64,000 nucleotides of DNA from an uncultured Actinomycetes bacterium (GTDB lineage: Bacteria; Actinomycetota; Thermoleophilia; Solirubrobacterales; Solirubrobacteraceae): assembly GCA_963846975.1 (NCBI GenBank), contig CAWJXY010000002.1, positions 14,166-78,165 of the forward strand. Direction: 5' to 3'. Of the stretch, positions 41,695 through 48,940 are shown piece by piece (positions within the stretch are counted from its first letter, which is position 1; each line of letters begins with the position of its first letter). Position numbers and translations under genes: made by a program. The notes below the pieces were generated by a model that searched no databases, had not been told where the DNA came from, and worked only from the letters and a program-made list of their open reading frames with translations.

Positions 41695-43593
41695 ATGGCC
41701 GAGCGGCGCGACGCGAGCCAGTTCACCAGGGCGATCAACGACGAGCTGCTCGCGCGCCTTCCGTTCGAGGATCGCCAGGACTTCGAGGACGCCGCGCGCG
41801 GGCTGATCGCACCGCTTGACCCCGAGCCGATCCGCGCAGCGAGCGGCCGCGTGATCTGGGATCCGAACGCGTTCGCGTTCATCGAGCAGGGGTCCGACGC
41901 ACCCGAAACGGTCAACCCGAGCCTGTGGCGCCAGTCGCAGCTCGTGTCCCAGGGCGGGCTGTTCGAGGTCGTGCCGCGCATGTACCAGGTGCGCAACGCC
42001 GACCTCTCGAACCTGACGATCGTCGAGGGCGACAGCGGCCTGATCGTGTTCGACCCGCTGATCAGCGCCGAGTGCGCGACCGCGGCGATGGAGCTGTACT
42101 TCGCCCACCGGCCGCGCAAGCCGGTCGTCGCGGTCCTGTACTCGCACAGCCACGTCGACCACTACGGCGGCGTCAAGGGCGTCGTCTCCCAGGCGGACGT
42201 CGACGCCGGGCGCGTGCGGGTGATCGCGCCGGAGGGCTTCCTCGAGGCGGCGGTCGCCGAGAACGTGTTCGCCGGCACGGCGATGAGCCGCCGCGCGACG
42301 TACATGTACGGCGTTCTGCTGCCGCGTGACGCCAAGGGCAACGTCGGCTCGGGGCTCGGGATGGCGACGTCGGCCGGGACGGTGACGTTGATCGTGCCGA
42401 CCGAGACGATCACGCAGACGGGCCAGAAGCTCGACATCGACGGCCTGACGTTCGAGTTCCTGCTCGCGCCCGACACCGAGGCGCCGTCGGAGATGCACTG
42501 GTTCATCGAGGAGCTCGGCGCGCTGACGGCGGCCGAGAACTGCTGCCACACGCTGCACAACACCTACACGCTGCGCGGCGCCCAGATCCGCGACCCCCAT
42601 GCGTGGTCTCGGTACCTCTCAGACACGATCGAGCGCTGGGGCGAGAAGACCGAGGTTCTGTACGGCATGCACCACTGGCCGGTGTGGGGCCGCGACCGGG
42701 CGCTCGACCTGCTGCGCAAGGGCCGCGACGGCTACGCGTTCATCAACGACGAGACGCTCCGGCTGGCCAACCACGGCTATGGCCCGGTCGAGATCTCCGA
42801 GATGGTCAGGCTGCCCGACATCCTCGACCGCCACTGGGCGCTGCGCGGCTACTACGGCACGATCAACCACAACGTCAAGGCGACGTACGTCAAGTATCTG
42901 GGCTGGTACGACGGCAACCCCGCCCACCTGCACCCGCTGCCGCCCGTGGAGAGCGACGAGCGCTACGTCGAGCTGATGGGCGGCGCCGACGCCGTGCTCG
43001 CGCAGGCCCACGCGGCGTTCGACCGCGGCGAGTACCGCTGGGTCTGCCAGATCGTCAACCACGTCGTCTTCGCCGACCCCTCGAACACCGCGGCGCGCGA
43101 GCTCCAGGCGGCGGCGTTCGAGCAGCTCGGCTACCAGGCTGAGTCGGGGCCGTGGCGCAACATCTATCTGTCGGGCGCGCTCGAGCTGCGCCACGGAACG
43201 CCCAACGTTCCGGTGCCCAACGCGGCCTCGCCCGACACGGTGCGAGCGATGACGCTCGACCTGTTCTTCAGTTACCTCGCCGTGCGACTCAACGGCGAGC
43301 AGGCCGGCGACCTGACGCTGACGCTGAGTTTCAACTTCACCGACACCGGCGAGCAGGTCGCCGTCGAGCTGACCCACGGCGTGCTCAACCACGTCGTCGG
43401 CCGTGCGGCGCCCGACGCCGACGTGCAGATCACGCTGACCCGCACCGCGCTCGACCGCCTGATCCTGCGCCAGGCGACGGTCGACGAGGAGCTCGCCTCC
43501 GGCGAGGTCGAGGTCTCCGACGCCGGCGCCCTGAACCAGCTGCTCGCGCTGCTCGACGACTTCGAGTTCTGGTTCAACCTCGTCGAGCCCTGA
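41695..43593 (+). CDS. Alkyl/aryl-sulfatase (metallo-beta-lactamase fold, SdsA1/BDS1 type)
   Basis: Intact 632-aa ORF with VLYSHSHVDHYGG (HxHxDH), a dimerisation domain, and a C-terminal SCP2-like segment (LTLTLSFNFTDTGEQ...). Confidence 0.85.
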   Translation: MAERRDASQFTRAINDELLARLPFEDRQDFEDAARGLIAPLDPEPIRAASGRVIWDPNAFAFIEQGSDAPETVNPSLWRQSQLVSQGGLFEVVPRMYQVRNADLSNLTIVEGDSGLIVFDPLISAECATAAMELYFAHRPRKPVVAVLYSHSHVDHYGGVKGVVSQADVDAGRVRVIAPEGFLEAAVAENVFAGTAMSRRATYMYGVLLPRDAKGNVGSGLGMATSAGTVTLIVPTETITQTGQKLDIDGLTFEFLLAPDTEAPSEMHWFIEELGALTAAENCCHTLHNTYTLRGAQIRDPHAWSRYLSDTIERWGEKTEVLYGMHHWPVWGRDRALDLLRKGRDGYAFINDETLRLANHGYGPVEISEMVRLPDILDRHWALRGYYGTINHNVKATYVKYLGWYDGNPAHLHPLPPVESDERYVELMGGADAVLAQAHAAFDRGEYRWVCQIVNHVVFADPSNTAARELQAAAFEQLGYQAESGPWRNIYLSGALELRHGTPNVPVPNAASPDTVRAMTLDLFFSYLAVRLNGEQAGDLTLTLSFNFTDTGEQVAVELTHGVLNHVVGRAAPDADVQITLTRTALDRLILRQATVDEELASGEVEVSDAGALNQLLALLDDFEFWFNLVEP

Positions 43594-43668
43594 GGCTCGC
43601 TCGTCGCCACCCGAGACTTCCGATAGACTTCTATTCGAAAGGAAGTCTGACGGAATGCGAGCGAACCA

Positions 43669-44328
43669 ATGACCGTTCTGGCCACGATCGCCGATGACAT
43701 CGCCGTCGCGCGCGAGGCGGCCGACCAGGTCCGCGATCTGGTCAGCGAGCCGACCGCGCTGCCGGCCAAGCGCCGCCGCCTGCAGTGGTACCTGGGCGTC
43801 GAGAACGCGGTCCTCGACCTGTCGACCGCGCTCCCCCAGGGCACCGAGGACTACGACGCCCGCAAGCTGTTCGAGTTCCTCATCGAGCTGCGCCGGGCCG
43901 TCGACGAGGGCGGCGACATCGAGCTGGCCGCGATGAAGATGCGCGACGTCGTGGCGCGGATCGGCCGTCGGCTCGAACACGACGCGCTCGACGACCCGCG
44001 CGCGGCGGCCGACGCGATCTTCCGCACGCTGCCCGGCGCCGGGGCCGGCGACCTGAGCCGGCTGCTCGGCGTGTCGACCAAGACGATCGGCGCCTGGAAG
44101 GCCGGTGGCCCCGTCACACGCAACGCGGCGCGGGTGGTGCTGATCGGCCAGCTGCTCACCTACCTGCGCGCGTCGATGACTCCGGCCGGGCTCGTGATGT
44201 GGTTCGACGCGCCGCGCGCCCAGCTCGACGGCCGCACACCGCTCGAGCTCCTCGACGCCGACGAGGCGATGGCCCGCCACGAGCTCGTGGCGCTGGCCCG
44301 CGGGGGCCGTGGCCAGCTGGCGGGCTGA
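43669..44328 (+). CDS. Xre/MbcA/ParS-type antitoxin (C-terminal DUF2384-like toxin-binding domain) with ~140-aa N-terminal extension
   Basis: Intact 219-aa ORF. The C-terminus LLGVSTKTIGAWKAGG...LVMWFDAPRAQLDGRTPLELLDADE...LVALARG resembles RES-partner antitoxins. It overlaps the RES gene by 20 nt. Confidence 0.7.
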   Translation: MTVLATIADDIAVAREAADQVRDLVSEPTALPAKRRRLQWYLGVENAVLDLSTALPQGTEDYDARKLFEFLIELRRAVDEGGDIELAAMKMRDVVARIGRRLEHDALDDPRAAADAIFRTLPGAGAGDLSRLLGVSTKTIGAWKAGGPVTRNAARVVLIGQLLTYLRASMTPAGLVMWFDAPRAQLDGRTPLELLDADEAMARHELVALARGGRGQLAG

Positions 44329-44908
44329 GCCGCCGCGGATCGACGGCGAGTGGAGCGCGTACCGCCAGGTCGACCCGCAGTGGCCGCCGCTGTACCACCA
44401 GGCCGGGGAGCCCGTGCCGACGCAGACCAGCGCGCGCTGGCATCGCCTCGGCGAGGCCTACGCGCAGTACCTGTCGCTCGAGCCGTCGGGGGCATGGGCC
44501 GAACTGGTCCGCTACGAGAACATCCGCACGGCGGAGCGCGCGGCCCAGTACACGCGCGCGCTGTGGCTCGTGTTCGTGCGCGAGCACGACATCGCGGACC
44601 TGTCGACCGCGGAGCGGTTCCGCGGCTGCGGTCTCGACCCGCGCGTGGCCACCGGGCCGCACGAGCACTCGCAACGGCTCGCCGACGACCTGCGCGCCGC
44701 GGGCTACCGCGGGGTCCTCTCCCCCTCCGCCGCGCTGCGCGGCGCGACGAACCTGACGCTGTTCGGGATGCGCTTCGAGAAGGTCCTGCTCGGCCGTCTG
44801 GAGACCTGGACCAACCCCGACACGGACGTCTGGCTGCCGTGCACGCTCGTGGCCGAGGGGCATCCACCGGCGCGGCTGGTGGAGGAGACAGTGTTCTTCG
44901 GGGAGTAG
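44309..44908 (+). CDS. RES-domain toxin (MbcT/ParT-like NAD-targeting family)
   Basis: Intact 199-aa ORF with the R-E-S signature: SARWHRLGEAYAQYLSLEPSGAWAELVRY and YRGVLSPSAALRGATNLTLF. Confidence 0.8.
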   Translation: MASWRAEPPRIDGEWSAYRQVDPQWPPLYHQAGEPVPTQTSARWHRLGEAYAQYLSLEPSGAWAELVRYENIRTAERAAQYTRALWLVFVREHDIADLSTAERFRGCGLDPRVATGPHEHSQRLADDLRAAGYRGVLSPSAALRGATNLTLFGMRFEKVLLGRLETWTNPDTDVWLPCTLVAEGHPPARLVEETVFFGE

Positions 44909-45073
44909 GCGGTCGGGCGCCGTGCGGTGGCGACGTGGCGCGAATTTCCCTTCGATAGCAACGAAAAGTCGCGCCACGTCTGACGCCTGGTCTTGCGTGC
45001 GTATCTGTCGTTCGTGTCCGTAGGGAATCACCTCTACGCTTCGTGCGTCCTGGAAAACGGAGGATCGATAGCG

Positions 45074-46461
45074 ATGACCCTGAGCCTGTCTCGTATCCGA
45101 TGCATCTGTGCCGCGCTCACCGGCGCCGCGCTCGCGCTTGGCATCCCGGCCGCCGCGTCGGCCGACATCGTCGTCGGCATGTCGGGCCCGACCGTCACGG
45201 TCACCGGCACCGCCGAGAACGTCCAGGTGTTCATGCAGGCCGACCGCCTCAGCGTCCGCAATCTCGGCGGAGCCGTGACGATTGCCGCCGGGTCGGGTTG
45301 CGGCTTCCTCGATGCGCAGACCGCGTTCTGCCATGTCGGCATCCCGGGCAAGCTCCAGGCCACGCTCGGCGACGGCGATGACACGCTGAACGTCATCAAC
45401 CAGGGCAGCGGCAGCGAGGGCCTCGACGCGTCGGTCTCGCTCGGGGCCGGAAACGACACCTACCTCCGCCAGTCCGCCGGGAACGACACGACGGTCGACG
45501 GCGGCCCCGGCAACGACACGCTGTCGGTGGTTGGCGACCGTTCACCGGCGGCGACGGCGATGACACGATCACCGGCGGAGCGACCGCCGACGGCGGGCCG
45601 GGCAACGACACGATCAGCGCCAACGGCACGCTGATCGGTGGCGATGGCGTCGACCACCTGACCGGCGGGTCTGCCAACAACACGATCGTCCCCGGCATCG
45701 CCACGCCCGACGGCGCCGACGTCGTCGACGGCGGCGGCGGGATCGACACGGTCAGCTACGCCCCGGCGCTGAGCGCGGTCGCCGTCACGCTGGGCTCGAC
45801 AAGCGGCGCCGGGATGGACGGCGACGGCGACAGCCTGACGTCGATCGAGAACGTCACCGGCGGCGCCGGCGGCGACAAGCTGAACGGCGACGGCGGGCCC
45901 AACGTGATCGACGGCGGCGCCGGCAACGACCAGATCCTCGGCAACGGCGGCAACGACACGCTGACCGGCGGCGACGGCCAGGACGGGCTCAGCGGTGGAC
46001 CCGGCGCCGACACGATCAACGCGCGCGACGGCGTCGCGGAGAAGGTCGCCTGCGGGACCGACACGGTGGCCAAGGGCGCCGCGCAGCCCGCGGACAGCGT
46101 CGTGCTCGACCTCAAGGACCCGACGCCGGCCGACTGCGAGGCGGTCGACAAGGCGGCGATCCACGAGGGTCCGACGGTCCGCATCGCCGACGGGCGCCAC
46201 AGCGCCCACCGCGGCGTGATCGTGTTCACCCTGACCTGCCCGACGGGGTCGGGCGGGTGCCGCGGCAGGCTCACCGCCGGCTCAGGACCGGCGACGCGCT
46301 ACAGCGTGTCCGAAGGCGGCGTCGCGACCGTCCGCGTACACCTGTCGGCCGCCGACGCGCGGGCGTTGCGCCGCACGCACGCGCTGACGCTGCGCGTGGT
46401 GAGCGTCGAACGAGGCCACGACGGCGCCAAGACGCGCCAGATCACCGTCCGCGTGCGGTAG
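45074..46461 (+). CDS. Secreted RTX-like Ca-binding repeat protein; one frame break ~45540
   Basis: GGAGG Shine-Dalgarno sequence ~10 nt upstream and Sec signal MTLSLSRIRCICAALTGAALALGIPAAASA. Many GGxGxD nonapeptides (GGDGDDTITGG, GGAGNDQILGNGGNDTLTGGDGQDGLSGGPGAD). The C-terminal beta domain is in ORF 45814-46461. Confidence 0.7.
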
Positions 46462-46586
46462 CGCCGGCTGGGCAGCTCCACTCCGGCGCGAGATCAGCGC
46501 GAGTCCGCGTACTTGGCGACGGGGCGACAGTCCGCGGCAAGCCGACGATTTGGGCTCGTCTGCCGACCGCGGACCGAACAGGCGCG

Positions 46587-47813
46587 CTACTTGATCTGGT
46601 TGTAGACCTTGAACAGCGGCAGGTACATCGAGATGACGATGAAGCCGACGATGCCGCCGATGAGGATGATCATGACCGGCTCGAGGATCGAGGTCAGTGA
46701 CTTGACGGCGGCGTCGACCTGGTCCTCGTAGAAGTCCGCGATCTTGGACAGCATCTGATCCAGGGCGCCGGTCTCCTCGCCGACGCCGACCATGTGGGTC
46801 ACCATCGTCGGGAACACCGCGCAGTCCTTGAGCGGATCGGAGATCAGGCCGCCGGCCTTGACGTTGTCGATGACCTTTTCCATCGCGTCCTCGATGACGT
46901 CGTTGCCGGCCGTCTTGCCGGTGATCTCGAGCGCCTGGAGGATCGGCACACCGGCGCTGACGAGCGCCGACAGCGTGCGGCTCCAGCGGGCGATCGACAC
47001 CTTCTGGACGATGTCCCCGATCTTCATCGGGATCCGCAGGCGGAACGCGTCCCACTGGTGCTTGCCGCGCTTGGAGCGCTTCCACTTGCGGAAGATGAAG
47101 ATCGCCGCAACGACAAGGCCGATCACGATGTACCACTGGTGGGTGAAGACGTTGCTCAGCCCGACCGTGAACTGCGTGATCGGCGGCAGGCTGGCCGGCT
47201 TGCCGTTGTCGCTCGGGAACTGCTTGAACACGCCGACGAACACCGGGATCAGGAACGTCACCAGCGCGATCAGGACGATCATCGAGAAGCTCACGACGAC
47301 GATCGGGTACGTCATCGCCGACTTGACCTGGCGGCGCAGCGAGTCCTCCTTCTCGAGCTGATCGGCGATCCGCTCGAGTGACGAGTCCAGCACGCCGCCG
47401 GTCTCGCCGGCCGACGCCATGGCGACGAACAGCGAATTGAAGACCTTCGGATGACGCGCGAGCGCGTCGGACAGGGCGAGGCCGGCCTCGACGTCCTTGC
47501 GTACGGCGATCAGCGTCTCGGTCAGCTTCTTGTTGGCCGTCTGCGCCTCGAGCACGTACAGGGCACGCAGGATCGTCATGCCCGACGTGATCATCGTCGC
47601 CAGCTGGCGGGTCATGACGGCGAGATCCGACAGCTTGACCCGCTGCATGAAGTCGAGGTTGATCTCCCTCGACTGGTGCTTGGCGCTGATGTCCAGGACG
47701 ATCAGGCCGCGCGCCTTGAGCTGGTCGGCGACGACCTGCTTGGAGTCGGCGTCGACCTGACCGGAGGCCTTGGCCCCGGTCAGGTCCATCGCCTTGAAGA
47801 CGTACGTCGACAT
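46587..47813 (-). CDS. pilC: Type IV pilus platform protein PilC (GspF family)
   Basis: Intact 408-aa ORF with two T2SSF repeats and three TM segments (MSTYVFKAMDLTGAK..., ...LEPVMIILIGGIVGFIVISMYLPLF). Confidence 0.95.
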   Translation of the reverse strand: MSTYVFKAMDLTGAKASGQVDADSKQVVADQLKARGLIVLDISAKHQSREINLDFMQRVKLSDLAVMTRQLATMITSGMTILRALYVLEAQTANKKLTETLIAVRKDVEAGLALSDALARHPKVFNSLFVAMASAGETGGVLDSSLERIADQLEKEDSLRRQVKSAMTYPIVVVSFSMIVLIALVTFLIPVFVGVFKQFPSDNGKPASLPPITQFTVGLSNVFTHQWYIVIGLVVAAIFIFRKWKRSKRGKHQWDAFRLRIPMKIGDIVQKVSIARWSRTLSALVSAGVPILQALEITGKTAGNDVIEDAMEKVIDNVKAGGLISDPLKDCAVFPTMVTHMVGVGEETGALDQMLSKIADFYEDQVDAAVKSLTSILEPVMIILIGGIVGFIVISMYLPLFKVYNQIK

Positions 47814-47816
47814 GGC

Positions 47817-48896
47817 CTACGCGGCGAACGCGGCGGCGCCCATCAAGCGCCGCAGCTCCTCCGGGGACGAAGAGCGAGCCTCGGCCTGACGGGCCGTGAG
47901 CTTGCCCTGGCGCACGAGCGTGGCCAGCGCGGAGTCCATCGTCTGCATGCCGCTGGCCAAGCCGGTCTGCATCGTGGAGTAGATCTGGTGCGTCTTGCCC
48001 TCGCGGATCAGGTTGCGCACGGCGGGCGTCGGCACGAGCACCTCGCAGGCCGCGATCCGCGTGCTGCCGTCCGCGCTCGGGATCAGCTGCTGGGTCATGA
48101 TCCCCTGCAGCGCGACCGAGAGCTGGACGCGCACCTGCTGCTGCTGGTGGCTGGGGAAGACGTCGATGATTCGGTCGATCGTCTGCGGGCAGTCCTGGGT
48201 GTGCAGCGTCGCGAACACAAGGTGGCCGGTCTCGGCCGCGGTCAGCGCGGTCTGGATCGTCTCCAGGTCGCGCATCTCGCCGACGAGGATGACGTCGGGG
48301 TCCTGCCGTAGCGCGCCCTTCAGGGCCATCGCGAACGACTGCGCGTCGGCGCCCAGCTCGCGCTGGTTGACGAGGCACTTCTTGTGGCCGTGGAGGAACT
48401 CGATCGGGTCCTCGACGGTCATGATGTGCTCTTCGCGCGTCTCGTTGATCTCGTCGATCATCGCCGCCAGCGACGTCGACTTGCCCGAGCCGGTCGGCCC
48501 GGTCACGAGCACGAAGCCACGCGGCTTCAGGCAGAACTCGTGGACGACGCTCGGCAGGCCGAGATCGTCGATCGCGGTGATGACGCCGGGGATCAGACGG
48601 AAGGCGGCGCCGAGCGCGCCGCGCTGGAAGTAGGCGTTGACGCGGAACCGGGCGTGGTTGGGGACCGCGTAGGCGAAGTCGAGCTGCCAGTCCGTCTCCA
48701 GCTTCTGGCGCTGGTCGTTGGACAGGATCGAGTAGATGATCTCCCGCGTGTCGGTGGGGTCGAGCGACGGGTAGCCGTCGAGCGGCGTCAGGCGGCCGCG
48801 GACGCGGACCATCGGCGGGGAGCCGGCGGTGACGTGAAGGTCAGACGCGCGACGCTCGAGGACGTCGAGCAAGAGGTCAGCAAAATCAAAACGCAT
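47817..48896 (-). CDS. pilT: Twitching-motility retraction ATPase PilT
   Basis: Intact 359-aa ORF with SDLHVTAGSPPMVRVRG, Walker A GPTGSGKST, RQDPDVILVGEMRD and GHLVFATLHTQD. Confidence 0.95.
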   Translation of the reverse strand: MRFDFADLLLDVLERRASDLHVTAGSPPMVRVRGRLTPLDGYPSLDPTDTREIIYSILSNDQRQKLETDWQLDFAYAVPNHARFRVNAYFQRGALGAAFRLIPGVITAIDDLGLPSVVHEFCLKPRGFVLVTGPTGSGKSTSLAAMIDEINETREEHIMTVEDPIEFLHGHKKCLVNQRELGADAQSFAMALKGALRQDPDVILVGEMRDLETIQTALTAAETGHLVFATLHTQDCPQTIDRIIDVFPSHQQQQVRVQLSVALQGIMTQQLIPSADGSTRIAACEVLVPTPAVRNLIREGKTHQIYSTMQTGLASGMQTMDSALATLVRQGKLTARQAEARSSSPEELRRLMGAAAFAA

Positions 48897-48940
48897 CGTT
48901 ACTCCTAATCGGCCATTCGTTGACGTTCTTGACGACGGCT

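Noticed and set aside
46587-48896. Lower apparent GC of pilC/pilT as evidence of horizontal transfer
   Set aside because: Third codon positions remain strongly G/C. The lower overall GC is explained by the hydrophobic or conserved amino-acid composition of these proteins.
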